Part shown: in pieces, positions 47,312 to 58,388 of the stretch
Layout of the letters: every line of letters begins with the position of its first letter
How positions within the stretch are numbered: position 1 is the stretch's first letter
IMG/VR virus record: IMGVR_UViG_3300025087_000044
Location: 1-64,000 of that record
Strand: one strand, 5' to 3'
Origin: a virus
Length of the DNA stretch: 64,000 nucleotides
Program-made: the position numbers and the translations under genes
The notes under the pieces: generated by a model
Databases searched by the model: none
The model's input: only the letters and a program-made list of their open reading frames with translations
What the model was told of the DNA's origin: nothing

Positions 47312-47554
47312 ATGAACAATGAAACGTCTAAAGAGGTCAAGCCATGTACTGCTGGCTTAGTGTTGGGTATCTTATCGGTAGTGTTTTTCTGGATGTCATT
47401 TTTTTGTCTCCCAATGACAATCCTTGCAATCGTATTCGGTGCTATCGGAATTAAGAAAGAGCAACCGTATTCACTTGCCGCTCTTACTCTTGGTATTCTG
47501 TCTGGTTTCTTAATGGCGATTATGTTACTTGTCCTTTTTTCAGTGGCAGCTTAA
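47312..47554 (+). CDS. Small membrane protein (DUF4190-like)
   Basis: AGLVLGILS...ILAIVFGAIG...ALTLGI. Confidence 0.7.
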   Translation: MNNETSKEVKPCTAGLVLGILSVVFFWMSFFCLPMTILAIVFGAIGIKKEQPYSLAALTLGILSGFLMAIMLLVLFSVAA

Positions 47555-47585
47555 CCCACGTATCTGCTCCACGAGGAGCAGGTAT

Positions 47586-47656
47586 CACTTGGTAGCCAAA
47601 TGGTAAGGCTATGGGTTGCAAACCCATGATTGCAGGTTCGATTCCTGCCCAGGTGT
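47586..47656 (+). tRNA. tRNA-Cys(GCA)
   Basis: Canonical cloverleaf; ATGGG-TTGCAAA-CCCAT; U73. Confidence 0.92.
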
Positions 47657-47662
47657 TTGAAC

Positions 47663-47719
47663 TTATCCACATCAAAACCCCCAAAACCCCTTTACAATAT
47701 TAAAAAACCATGCTATAAT
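47663..47719 (+). promoter_or_regulatory. DnaA box plus repeated phage promoter
   Basis: TTATCCACA; AAAACCCC; TTTACA-N14-TGCTATAAT. Confidence 0.8.
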
Positions 47720-48051
47720 ACAAACATTAAAACATTTAAAATAAAAAAGAGTATGGACTTCATCAAACATCTCAAAGATGAATTAAAAGAAGAGCGTTAC
47801 AAGTGCCTGTTAGACGGTATTAACGTTGGTTCAAAAGACGGATATTCCGCAAATGAAGAAGAATATGATATTCCAAAACACGGATGAAGCTTTAGCAGCT
47901 TTAGGAAATACGTTTAGGCGATTAGTATTGCATAGCGATGGCTCTTGGACTGCTAATTGCAGAAAGAAAGGTATTGTCTACGGACGTTTGTTTAAGGGAA
48001 ATACGTCCCTTGAGGTTCTTCAAAAAATGTACGATAAAATAAAACAATAAT

Positions 48052-48747
48052 ATGCCAAGTTATTATTACATTGATGACGGAACAAGTACTGCAGGTTTTA
48101 GCAGAGTTGGAGTTTCCGAGTATAATAGTAAATCTGTTGGGTTCAAGTCCACGGTTGAAAATGGAATTGAGCCTACTCTTGCTTTCAATTTTATAAAGAA
48201 GAAATTTGGCATTCTTGAAGGCACTGTTCTAAAAAGAAGACTTGATAAATTAGAGAAAGCCTTTAGCGTTGCGGTTAGTAACGGACAGGACACACTGGCT
48301 AAAAAGTTTCTTAATGAAGTGGTATTGCAGACAAAAGAAAGCGTTATTTATGCCAAGGGTATAAAGCTTTATGTTGAACGTGATGACGTTATGAAAGTAA
48401 AGAATAAGTTGAAAGACGGAAAGATTGCCGATACCAAGCTTGAGGATTATACCAAGATAGTTCCCGATGATGTTATAAAGATTAAAAACAAACTCGTTGA
48501 CGTGTTTGATGGTTTCGTTGTTTATCATTATTACAATGATGCTCTTGAAGATAAGGTTTCTAAGGCTCAGAAGATTACTCCAGAGGAGAAGGCTAAAATG
48601 AAAGACCCGATATTATTCGGCTATATCAATGAGAGTGATAGATTGTATTTTATCGCTGACTGGGAAAGTGATGAGTGTGATTTTACGTTTGATGAGATTG
48701 TTGAATTGGTCGGAGAGACAAGATTAAATAAATATCCAACATTATGA
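48052..48747 (+). CDS. Conserved hypothetical phage protein
   Basis: KDPILFG...RLYFIADW. Confidence 0.75.
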   Translation: MPSYYYIDDGTSTAGFSRVGVSEYNSKSVGFKSTVENGIEPTLAFNFIKKKFGILEGTVLKRRLDKLEKAFSVAVSNGQDTLAKKFLNEVVLQTKESVIYAKGIKLYVERDDVMKVKNKLKDGKIADTKLEDYTKIVPDDVIKIKNKLVDVFDGFVVYHYYNDALEDKVSKAQKITPEEKAKMKDPILFGYINESDRLYFIADWESDECDFTFDEIVELVGETRLNKYPTL

Positions 48748-48924
48748 GTGATGAAAACAAAACCTACTCTGGAAGCTGTGGTGGATGTTGTGTAAGTGCG
48801 GTTGTCTTTATCTTTATTGTCTGGGCGTGGTTGCTTGGCGTGCCTACTTTTTGGGGATATTTCAATCTTGATTTGTTTCCTCCTGGAATAAGTCTTAATA
48901 ATATAAAGTACATAGGAAACTGAT

Positions 48925-49572
48925 ATGCACTATTACCATAAAATAAATTCAATGTTCAAAAGAGAGTCTGTTAATGGCGGAAAGATATTGATTGGAGAAT
49001 GGGCTACTCCAGAGTTCGGATGGTTACAGGATAATAAATGGGTATGGACAGAAAAAATTGACGGCACTAGCATTTTAATCCATTTTGACGGAGAAAAGAT
49101 TACGTTTGGCGGACACACCGTAAACTCTCAAATTCCATTTGCTTTAGTTGAGAAGTTGCATGAATTGTTTGATTCAAAACTGCAATTATTCAAGGATACA
49201 TTTTTGCCCAATGAAGAAGGGCTTACCGATGTTACTTTTTACGGCGAGGGATACGGCGCGGGGATTCAAGGTGGAGGTGGAAAGTACCGTAAAGATAAAA
49301 GTTTTATAGGTTTCGATATTAGGATAGGTAATATATGGTTATTGAGAAAAGACGTTGAGGAGATATTCACTAAATTCCTAATTGATGTGGTTCCCATTGT
49401 GGGGTATGGAAATTTAAATTCAGCCATTGAATTTGTTAGAAACGGATTCAAGTCCACGTTTGGAGATTTCATTGCCGAGGGGTTGGTGGTTAGGCCAGAA
49501 GTTGAGTTAAGGACTAGGCGTGGAGACAGAATAATCACTAAGATAAAATACAAAGATTTTAAAGACCTTTAA
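48925..49572 (+). CDS. ATP-dependent RNA ligase (Rnl2-like)
   Basis: TEKIDGT, YGEGYG, FIGFDI, AEGLVVRP, ITKIK. Confidence 0.9.
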   Translation: MHYYHKINSMFKRESVNGGKILIGEWATPEFGWLQDNKWVWTEKIDGTSILIHFDGEKITFGGHTVNSQIPFALVEKLHELFDSKLQLFKDTFLPNEEGLTDVTFYGEGYGAGIQGGGGKYRKDKSFIGFDIRIGNIWLLRKDVEEIFTKFLIDVVPIVGYGNLNSAIEFVRNGFKSTFGDFIAEGLVVRPEVELRTRRGDRIITKIKYKDFKDL

Positions 49573-49585
49573 AAGAACAAAATTT

Positions 49586-50461
49586 ATGTTCATGCTAATC
49601 GACAAGATTCAAGAGCATTTAAACCGTAAGGCGGAAGAAGAACGCAAGAGAGATGACGGAAGTGCCAGAGTAAAAGACAGTTTCTGGTGCAGCGAGTGTG
49701 AAGCACCATTATTTGACCTTTATCATAAATGGATTGGAACTCCGCCAACTAATCCTTCAAGTGCTGAAGGCATGATGATAATGTCAACTGGCAAGATGGT
49801 AGAGATGTCATTAGTTGATACGCTGAATGACTTGGACCTGATAGAATTCAATCCGAAAGAACCGCAGGTAAGGGTTGATATGAAACGATTAGGAGTAAAG
49901 ATTACGGGATACATGGATGCAGTATTAAAAGACGGAAGAACCCCAGTTGAGGTAAAAAGTTTTTATGGAGACTATCAGGCAAAAGAATTGAAAGAAGGAA
50001 AAGCCAGAACGTCATATCTCAAACAGCTTGGTTGTTACATGGATTTTATAGGGTCGGATATTGGACGATTGGTTTATATCAATCGAGGTACTGGTGAGTT
50101 GCTAGAATTCATTCTTGAAAGAAACGGATTAAAATTCAAATGTTTGGACATAGAGTTTGATTTGGAAGATACTTATAAGAGATGGGCAGAGTTGTATTAC
50201 AATAATATCTTGCCAAGGAAAGAGCCTATCAGCGAATTCCGCTATAAGATAAAAGTTGAAGATATTGACTGGAGTCTTATAAGTAATGCTGATATCTCAA
50301 AGGCTAGGACTAATAAAAAAGTAATAGGAGATTCTTGGCAAGTTGCTTATTCTCCATATAAATCTCTTATCATTGAGCGAGAGGGAAGTACTTTGGGCTA
50401 TACAGAGGAAGAGTTAGAATTCATTTTAAACGCCACGAAAGGCTATAGTAAAAGAAAATAA
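49586..50461 (+). CDS. Cas4-like PD-(D/E)XK nuclease
   Basis: ITGYMDAV...PVEVKS...YLKQLGCYM. Confidence 0.75.
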   Translation: MFMLIDKIQEHLNRKAEEERKRDDGSARVKDSFWCSECEAPLFDLYHKWIGTPPTNPSSAEGMMIMSTGKMVEMSLVDTLNDLDLIEFNPKEPQVRVDMKRLGVKITGYMDAVLKDGRTPVEVKSFYGDYQAKELKEGKARTSYLKQLGCYMDFIGSDIGRLVYINRGTGELLEFILERNGLKFKCLDIEFDLEDTYKRWAELYYNNILPRKEPISEFRYKIKVEDIDWSLISNADISKARTNKKVIGDSWQVAYSPYKSLIIEREGSTLGYTEEELEFILNATKGYSKRK

Positions 50462-50659
50462 ATATGAGAAATTATCTAGTTTATTCAGTTATCGTTCTGT
50501 CATTCTGCGTCTTGCTGTTGGGAATTCTTGAGGCAATAAACTTTAGCGACAACAGACAGCAGGATGAGCTTATTTTTGGAACGGTTAATAATGTTGACGG
50601 TCTAATTACGAATGTAAATTTTCTGACTGATTTCATGTCTAAAGAATGTATAAAGTAAT

Positions 50660-51166
50660 ATGCCTTACGGAATCCCTGTGATAACCGAATATTCCATATT
50701 ATGCGAAGAGTGTGGAGTTAAGTTCAAGAAGTTAGTCCACGCTCACTTGAAACTGCACGGATTGACGATAACTGAATATAAAGAAAAATGGGGTTTCTGC
50801 ATTACGCAGCCACTAGAGGCTCTATACATCAAAAAATTAAGAAGGCATTATAATAAGATTTATAATGCGTCTAAATATCTAGTATCTGATTTTGCTTTTA
50901 AGAAAGGAGATGATGGAAGAAAGACAAGGATAGTTTCAGAGCAAGAGAGGATAAGACTTGCAAGTATAGCTGTAAATGTCCAGAGTACTGAGAAATTCAG
51001 AAAGACAATATCCAAAGCGGCCAAGAAAGTCTGGGACAGGCCAGGTTACAAGAAGAAGTATTCCAAGAAAATGAAGAAGAAGTATTCTAAAGACAAAGGA
51101 TTTAGTAAAAGGATGGGCGAACAATCAAGTAAGTTCTGGGACAGTCATAAAAAGGCAACTCATTAA
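50660..51166 (+). CDS. Ros/MucR-like zinc-finger protein with NUMOD3-like basic repeats
   Basis: ILCEECGVKFKKLVHAHLKLHGLTITEYKEKWG. Confidence 0.7.
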   Translation: MPYGIPVITEYSILCEECGVKFKKLVHAHLKLHGLTITEYKEKWGFCITQPLEALYIKKLRRHYNKIYNASKYLVSDFAFKKGDDGRKTRIVSEQERIRLASIAVNVQSTEKFRKTISKAAKKVWDRPGYKKKYSKKMKKKYSKDKGFSKRMGEQSSKFWDSHKKATH

Positions 51167-51205
51167 CCATGGTTGTCTTTTTTTAACCATAACCCCCAAA
51201 CGAAC

Positions 51206-51305
51206 TTATCCACACCCCTTTGTTAAATTACTAAATTTACACAAAAACAGACAATAGTCAAAACCCCTAAAACCCCTTTACAACCTTTAAAAACCATGCT
51301 ATAAT
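51206..51305 (+). promoter_or_regulatory. DnaA box plus repeated phage promoter
   Basis: TTATCCACA 51206-51214; TTTACA 51277; TGCTATAAT ending 51305. Confidence 0.8.
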
Positions 51306-52712
51306 ACTAATATACATATAAACAACATTTACAAACTAACTAACCAACAAATCTATGAAAGCAATCAAAAAGCTTGGAGACATCAAAGAGAGCTTAGGGG
51401 TTGATTCAATTAGTAGGAAAGATGGAGTAATCACTATCAGAGAGGGTTTCTTCTACACTCATGGAAAAACAGTTGAAGGTTTAATAAAAAAGGTTAAGGC
51501 ACTTTTCCCAGAGGCAGTAATAGTCTCAAGTGGAGAAAAGTGGTCTCCCTTTCATGGTGGTCAATCAATCGCTAGCGGTTCTCATTGGTGGGTGTCTTTT
51601 ACAAACTAATCAACTAACCTAAAAAACTATGAAATCAACAATCATGAAAGTAATCATCTTGTTAATGGTCGGAGCATTTTTTCTCTACATCTTCTCTGTA
51701 GGGATAAGACTCACAGAGATTAAGGAATGTGAGAGATGGCAAAAACAAATCAAGGAGTATTCATTATTCACTCCCAACAACTGGCAAATCAACCAGTGTT
51801 TGAACTACGAAATCAAATTAGAAAAATAACACTCCACCAAACACTATGAAAAACTATCTAATCAGCCACGACAAAACGCATTACAAAAGCAGAAAAGAGA
51901 AGGGAGTAAGATACTGCACAATCAGGGAAGTTTCAGGGAGTGAAGTTATAGCTACCTGTGATTGTTTGGGATTCTTTTTCCACGGCCACTGCTGGCACTC
52001 TGACAGGCTTTTACAAACTAACTAACTAATATAAAAAAAGTATGCCAAAAATCGACAACATCGAGTTATCAGAGGATGAGGTGTTAATGGCTGAGGACAT
52101 TGGACTGGGAGATTATGTGGATTACGATGACATTCCTTCAGTAGAGGAATACGAGAAAGGAGAAAAATCTATATGAGAGCCATAACCAACAAACAGGAGA
52201 AGTACATTATCAATCTCATCAAGAAAGACCGTTCCATAAAAACCGTGGACGATTTAAAAGAAGAAGACTGGGTAGCGATAGGAGAAATGAATTATTCAGA
52301 GGTGTTGTGGGCTAATGTTAACGGGTTTATTTCGGACATGAGATTTAAATTACTAAACAATTAAGTTTAACAAGAACTGGGAAAAAAAATAATTCCAGAT
52401 TCTAAATCATATCGGACGCAATTACTCTGGCGACATAAATGGAAAATTTTGGTTCGCAGTGCAGTCCAGCGATGATGCTTCATTTTTCGGGGGAACGGAA
52501 TGCGAGCCAAACCATTATCGGCTCTTGGGCTGGAGACCACATTTTGATAGACAGCAAAAAACCACAGGGCTATGAAGAGGTCATTTTCGACCTTCAAGAA
52601 GACCGCTAATACCCAACTATCAAAAACCACCCAAACACCCCTTAAAACGCAATTTTAGGCCTCACAATCACCCTTAAATAACCTTTTATAACGTAAAAAT
52701 AAACATCAATCT

Positions 52713-53009
52713 ATGAAAACAGCCACAGTTGAGTTGTATTACACTCCACCGTCAATCGAGCAATTCAATGAAGTTAGAGATGCGGCCATAATTCTATGGT
52801 CTAGCATAGGTGACTATAATTACAAAAAAGAGAAGATTGGAAGTATTAAAGAGTTGGAAAACATTGAAGATAATTTTATGTTTATAGTGGCCATGTTCGA
52901 CCAATCCAATCAGGTGTTATTGGCTGACTTATTGAGTGAAGACACAAAGAAGTCTATTCGTGAAAGGTTAATTGACGGAGGCATGCCCAAAGAACATATA
53001 GTATTTTAA
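52713..53009 (+). CDS. Hypothetical protein
   Basis: Clean ORF. Confidence 0.65.
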   Translation: MKTATVELYYTPPSIEQFNEVRDAAIILWSSIGDYNYKKEKIGSIKELENIEDNFMFIVAMFDQSNQVLLADLLSEDTKKSIRERLIDGGMPKEHIVF

Positions 53010-53027
53010 TAATTAAAACAAAAACGT

Positions 53028-53198
53028 ATGAGCATGAGAATGTCGTTAGCTAAAGCTGGAGGAAAGGGGATTTGTTAGCTTTGTAAAGGCAAATTAAAAG
53101 AAGGAGAAACTCAATTGGTGGTAGTTACTCCAAGTTCAAGAGCCAGATGGCATATCGGTTGCGTTGAGAAACTAATAAGAGATAATATGCACGAATAA
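53028..53198 (+). pseudogene. Small zinc-finger gene interrupted by in-frame TAG at 53076
   Basis: AKAGGKGIC*LCKGKLKEGETQ...RWHIGC. Confidence 0.55.
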
Positions 53199-53202
53199 AA
53201 AT

Positions 53203-53583
53203 ATGAAACATCTTATTTTAGACCAATTTGATGAGGATATAGGTTACGAAAAGTCAATGAATGTTGATGAGTGCAATTGGAACTCGGGAATCCACGATAC
53301 TGATGCTCTTTGTCAGAAAGCATATATCAAGGGGCTTGAAAGGGGTAGGGAAATATCAATTGATTTGTTCGATAGCATGGACCCAACGATAGCCGAGATA
53401 GAATATATGTGTAATGAAGTTGAAAAGTTAGTTTGTTCTCTTATGGATATCATTGAGAGATTGTCGCCGGAGGAATACCACAAATCTGATGTTATCTTAA
53501 AGTGCGATAAGTGGTTGAAGTGGGCTAACGAAGAGTCTGATGCGGTAGAATTAAAAGAATTTTTCGGATATGAAGAAAAATAA
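53203..53583 (+). CDS. Hypothetical acidic protein
   Basis: Clean ORF. Confidence 0.6.
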   Translation: MKHLILDQFDEDIGYEKSMNVDECNWNSGIHDTDALCQKAYIKGLERGREISIDLFDSMDPTIAEIEYMCNEVEKLVCSLMDIIERLSPEEYHKSDVILKCDKWLKWANEESDAVELKEFFGYEEK

Positions 53584-53866
53584 AAAATGTTGTGTCTGTT
53601 TAGTGAAGCCTGCCAAGCAAGGTGTATATTGCTATGGATGTTACAGTTCAATGCGATGGATTCTTGGAGATGACGAATACAAGAGAAAAAGAACTGAGTC
53701 CACTAAAAAGTGGGCGCTTAAAAACCCAGAGAAAAATAGAGCCATAATTGACCGTGCCAGAAGGAAGTATCTTAAACGGCCAGATGTCATAGTTAAGACA
53801 AAGGCCAAGAGGCATGAAACGTACATTAAGAATAGGGATATAATCAGGGAATATAAGGCCAAAAAC

Positions 53867-53923
53867 TTATCCCCAAATTGAGGGTTCTGCTCTATTTACA
53901 ATAACTAACAAATGAGCTATAAT
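53867..53923 (+). promoter_or_regulatory. Near-DnaA box plus promoter
   Basis: TTATCCCCA; TTTACA...GCTATAAT. Confidence 0.55.
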
Positions 53924-54232
53924 ACCTTTATAAACTATGAAAAATAAAGATGTGGCAGTCTTGGTTTCAGCAGGTTCTCTAGTGTTTGGATTGATGGGAC
54001 TTATAGGAGTTGTAGTAAGTCCAGACTTTACCAGATTCAGCATGGCGTGTTGGATGATGGTTTCAGGACATGTAGGACTTAATTTCTCGGTAAAGACCCT
54101 TGAAGTTTCCAATGAAGATGTTGCTGAGATAAGTAAAGTTATAAAATCAGCTAACGAAACTATTGAAAAGATAGAGAATAAAATCAAAAAGGTCGAATAA
54201 CATTTCAGTCTAACAATTAACTAAAAAAACTT

Positions 54233-54976
54233 ATGACAGATGAATCAAAAAGCGTAGCGTTAACGGTAGAACAAGAGAAGCAACTCATTGCCGAGGCCAG
54301 AAGCAACTCTGGAGAAGGGATGAGACTAAGTCTAAAGTATGTTTCATTCAACGGAAAAGAGGGGACATATTACTTGAGTACAGGAATGAAGAATGAATCC
54401 GGAAAGACAATCAAGGAGGATTTGGGGCCGAATTACAGTGGGATAGTATTAAAGAACAGAAACAGAGTAAACGTATTCAATCCCAAAAACGCACTGGCCT
54501 CATTCAAGAGTGATGAGTTCGATAACACCCAGACGGAGCAGATTAGTGTTTTTAACGGAAACAATCAACTTGTTGGCAGAGGGACTTACAAGGAGTTAAA
54601 AGAAAAAATCCCAGGTTTAACCATGGAAAAAGTGCTTTACATCAAGGAAGTCGGAGGTGACGAAGGACTTGTAAAGATGTCAGTTGGAGGTTCTTCAATG
54701 AAGCCATGGTTCGATTATCTGAAAGTATTCCCTGCTGATGACACTTCGATAAGATACGTTACTATTTTCGGAGAAGAGTCTAAGAGCAATGATTTCGGTG
54801 ATTTCCATTGTATGAAGTTTTCAAAGGGAGAGTCTATTGATATTATTAAAGCATTGGATTGGCAGAGGTCTCTTAATATCGCTCTAAATGCTTTTAGCAG
54901 AAATGTTAATATCCCCTCAATGGTTGATGACAAGGAGGATTTAGAGGTTATTTCAGTAGAGGAGTGTCCATTCTAA
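54233..54976 (+). CDS. Putative ssDNA-binding/recombination protein
   Basis: Beta-rich body with acidic C-terminus ending CPF. Confidence 0.5.
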   Translation: MTDESKSVALTVEQEKQLIAEARSNSGEGMRLSLKYVSFNGKEGTYYLSTGMKNESGKTIKEDLGPNYSGIVLKNRNRVNVFNPKNALASFKSDEFDNTQTEQISVFNGNNQLVGRGTYKELKEKIPGLTMEKVLYIKEVGGDEGLVKMSVGGSSMKPWFDYLKVFPADDTSIRYVTIFGEESKSNDFGDFHCMKFSKGESIDIIKALDWQRSLNIALNAFSRNVNIPSMVDDKEDLEVISVEECPF

Positions 54977-55462
54977 CCATTTCAATGGTAATGATAGGTC
55001 TGGGGTAGTGTTAGCATGGCATTATCCCAGACTAATCATTTATATAAAATATGACAAAAAAAGAAACAAGTGATTTCGGTGACGGATTTATTTATAATCT
55101 CATACTGTTTGCAGAGCATTTTGGAAGGATTGAAGATGAGATAAGTCAGGCAAGAGCTCTTGGAGGCAGAGATGATATGGCTGTGATGTTGTGGTGCAAT
55201 GTAGCAAGCGACCATTTAAGGGATATTAAATTTCCAAGCAAGTTTTTAGGGACTGACATGGAAAAGAAATTTTGGGAATTAAGAGATTATGTTCTTGACA
55301 GACGTGGATTAGAAAAAATTAGATTGTGTAAAATTAAAGACTTTGAAGTTATAAAGCGGATGACTAAAAATCTGGGCTTGCTTATAGATAAAGAGTTTGG
55401 TATAAAAGTAGAGAAGGCAGAGTACGAGTAAGGTTCAGTTTGAATACAGACTAAGCAATTAC

Positions 55463-55939
55463 ATGAAAAAGAATATCAACAAAAAGGTTTCTATAAATAG
55501 ATGGAAACGCTTTAGTCCGTTGCAACAAGCAATGATTGAACGCAATAATCCATGTTTTACAATCACAATTAAACCCAAAAAGCAGAAGACAAAGCATTTA
55601 AAGCAAGACCCTAACCAGAATCAGTTTTCGCTTTTTACTGGAACTTATGATGAATATTTAAAGTCTGATATTTGGCTGAAAATTAGAAATGAGGCTGTTA
55701 GACTGCAGAAGTGTTGTTATGTTTGTAGGTCTTTTGACTTCTTAACGGTACATCACAAGTGTTACGCACAAAAAGGAAGAGAAAAACAGAAGCATTTAGT
55801 TGTACTTTGCTGGAAGTGTCATAAAGCTGTACACAATTTAATGATAGACAACAAGACTATAAGTTTAAAAAATGCTCATGAAGAATATGCTAAACTGTGG
55901 AGACTAGGAATAAGAAAATATGAAGCTTTAGATGGATAA
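55463..55939 (+). CDS. HNH endonuclease-like protein
   Basis: YLKSDIW...CYVC...VHHKCY...LVVLCWKCH. Confidence 0.8.
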   Translation: MKKNINKKVSINRWKRFSPLQQAMIERNNPCFTITIKPKKQKTKHLKQDPNQNQFSLFTGTYDEYLKSDIWLKIRNEAVRLQKCCYVCRSFDFLTVHHKCYAQKGREKQKHLVVLCWKCHKAVHNLMIDNKTISLKNAHEEYAKLWRLGIRKYEALDG

Positions 55940-55980
55940 GTTTTTGTTATATAGCGTTGTGAGCGTTGACTTAAGAACGT

Positions 55981-56106
55981 ATGGACGATTACGAAAAAGC
56001 AAAAAGACAGCAAAAAAAAGAAGAGAGCAGTCCTACTGTTATGTTTAAGGATTTATTAACCCAAGAAGAATTGGATATGTTGAGTAAGTTCTTTTCAGAA
56101 GAGTAG
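55981..56106 (+). CDS. 41-aa protein, homolog of 31653..31784; 3' end overlaps tRNA-Ile
   Basis: MDDYEKAKRQQKKEESSPTVMFKDLLTQEELDMLSKFFSEE. Confidence 0.7.
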   Translation: MDDYEKAKRQQKKEESSPTVMFKDLLTQEELDMLSKFFSEE

Positions 56107-56169
56107 CTCAGTTGGTAGAGTGTCCGCCTGATACGCGGAGTGTCGCTGGTTCGAGTCCCAGCTCTTCTA
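56097..56169 (+). tRNA. tRNA-Ile(GAT), T-stem slightly out of register
   Basis: AGAAGAG/CTCTTCT acceptor; TCCGC-CTGATAC-GCGGA. Confidence 0.88.
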
Positions 56170-56182
56170 TAAACAAAAAACT

Positions 56183-56626
56183 ATGACAAAAACAAAGGCA
56201 GTAGACGTTTCACATAATAACTCTCAACTTCAAGAGTCAACCCCTCTTAAAACGCAAAATCAGGCCTCACAGGATGATTTCTACTATAGTCCATTACAGG
56301 GTAGGGAGATTTCAAAGATTATTGCCCTATTCCACAAGACAATCAATCCAGTAATAGAGTTCGGCAATAAGACCCAGAGAAATGCTTGTCAGTTCCTTAT
56401 TGAAAAGTTCGGATACGAAAAGACGGAAAAAATGAGTAAATACGCTATCTCCATACAAGGAGAGAAATATGCTCCAACAGTTACCTCGCCTTGGGATTTA
56501 AAGCAGAAGCTTGCCAAGGTTTTTGTGTTTTATAAGAAGAGTTTGAGTATTGAGAAACCGTCTAAACAAGGAAAAAACTATGATGTCATTGACAAAAAAG
56601 CAGATGGTAATCTGCTTGAGGAATAG
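56183..56626 (+). CDS. Replication-protein C-terminal-like domain protein
   Basis: FLIEKFGYEK...YAPTVTSPWDLKQK. Confidence 0.5.
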   Translation: MTKTKAVDVSHNNSQLQESTPLKTQNQASQDDFYYSPLQGREISKIIALFHKTINPVIEFGNKTQRNACQFLIEKFGYEKTEKMSKYAISIQGEKYAPTVTSPWDLKQKLAKVFVFYKKSLSIEKPSKQGKNYDVIDKKADGNLLEE

Positions 56627-56982
56627 TTTAGAGATATATATTGACGCTGAGATTGCAGAAACTTTAATGGACGATTTGCACAGTGGAAGGATAAAGGGAT
56701 TTATCAAAATTGCAGGAAGAATGCTTAATGTTGTTGATATTTCTGCCGTAGTTCCACCAGAGGATATGATTGACTTGTCTAAGAGAAGGAATGGGCAATG
56801 GAGATGCGATAAAGGAGTCTGGCATGACAGGGGGACGAAATGCGATTGCATAGATAATGATTTGCTTGAAAGGAACAAACGGATAGCCCAAGCTATAAAA
56901 GATTGTGGTAAGTGTCATGATGGGTATGTTCAAGACAGTGAGTGTTTCGTAACTAAGTGCGATTGCATAAAAAATTTATAAT

Positions 56983-57285
56983 ATGTCTTGTGAGTTTTCT
57001 TCTAAGACTAGAGAGTTATGGTTTTGGCAAAGAGAGTGTCTTGTTTGCGGAAACAACAGGGTATTAGAACTTCATCACATTCTGGGACGGGTGTCCTCGA
57101 GGCCATTAAACAGTATTCTTATTTGTCATAACTGTCATTCTGATGGAAAGATAACAAACAGAGAGGTGAGGATTAAATATCTCATGATTACAAAAAGATT
57201 TTTGCTAACCACGGGTTATAATGTAAAGGCTATTGATAAAAAGTTTATAGAGTATGCTGAGAAAATGTTAAATTTTAGCTATTAA
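56983..57285 (+). CDS. Small HNH-fold nuclease
   Basis: CLVCG..LELHHI...ILICHNCH. Confidence 0.75.
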   Translation: MSCEFSSKTRELWFWQRECLVCGNNRVLELHHILGRVSSRPLNSILICHNCHSDGKITNREVRIKYLMITKRFLLTTGYNVKAIDKKFIEYAEKMLNFSY

Positions 57286-57978
57286 AATCAAAAACTATGA
57301 AGACAACAGAAACGTTTCACACGCAATTGATTTCTGTCAATGTGAAAAAGAAAGGCGAGGCTAGGATTACGTTCGCCTGCGATAAAGAGGCTTTCATGAA
57401 ACTTGAGGAGTTGAGGTCTGCTGAGTTACCACTTGATTTTTGGGTGGAAGGAGCTGAGCTTGAGAAGTTAAGTGGAGCTATTGTTTCCATAACCAGCACT
57501 TCAAGCGGCAGTTTTCCAAGAAAGTTTGTCATTGAAACTCCTGAAAGCGAGAAGATGAGGGTTGCCGAATTGACTTCATTGATGGGTGCTGAACTTAATA
57601 TCATTATGGAGATTATGCAAGAAGATAAACTAGCTTTATAAAAATATGAATCAAATCAATGAAGTTGAACAAAAAGAGAAAGAGGTCGCTGAGTTTGTTA
57701 GGGGCAGGATAGAGAAGATGGGAGTAGAGATAAAGCAGTGCAGATTTTGCGGCGAGGATATATTTTTCATGAAGACCAACAGAGGTAAGATTGTTCCTGT
57801 TTCATTCAATCTTGTAATTCATTTTTACGATTGTCCTAAAGGTCAAGATTATTACAGCGAGGCTCCCCAGCCTCTTGAGCAACCCTCCTATTCCAGCATA
57901 AACAAGCGAAAGTCCGTTTACTCTTCTAGAGAGCAAGAACGATATGGTGGAAGAGGCTTTAGGGCTGGGTATTAAATT

Positions 57979-58377
57979 ATGATTATTATAAGCAATGAAA
58001 ACAAGTACGGCCATTGCAAGAGAGGAAAGTATGATGTCAACGGAACAGAGATATTCTTTAGGAGCGAATGGGAGTATAAGTATGCAATGTATCTTGATTT
58101 CCTAAAAAGAAAGAAGCAGATAGTTTGTTGGGAATACGAACCCTGCACGTTTTTTTTTGAGGCTATCAAGCAAGGAACACGGAGTTATCTTCCAGATTTC
58201 AGGATAACCAATAACGATAAGTCACAAGAGTATCACGAGATTAAGGGATATATGGATTCCAAGAGTAAGACTAAACTCAATAGGATGAAGAAGTATTATC
58301 CTTGCGAGAAGGTCATCTTGATTGATGGTCCAGCATATAAATCTATCATGAGGTACGAAAATGTCTACGGAATATAG
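57979..58377 (+). CDS. PD-(D/E)XK endonuclease (DUF1064/TnsA-like)
   Basis: FRSEWE...WEYEP...YLPDF...EIKG. Confidence 0.8.
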   Translation: MIIISNENKYGHCKRGKYDVNGTEIFFRSEWEYKYAMYLDFLKRKKQIVCWEYEPCTFFFEAIKQGTRSYLPDFRITNNDKSQEYHEIKGYMDSKSKTKLNRMKKYYPCEKVILIDGPAYKSIMRYENVYGI

Positions 58378-58388
58378 AGATTGTGGAC

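Noticed and set aside
49586-50461. Cas4-like gene as evidence of a CRISPR-Cas system
   Set aside because: Stand-alone Cas4-like nucleases are common in phages; no array or other cas genes seen
53028-53198. Stop-codon reassignment suggested by an in-frame TAG and the UCA tRNA-like gene
   Set aside because: TAG and TGA end clear genes (rtcB, terL, 57979..58377) and long genes are intact in code 11
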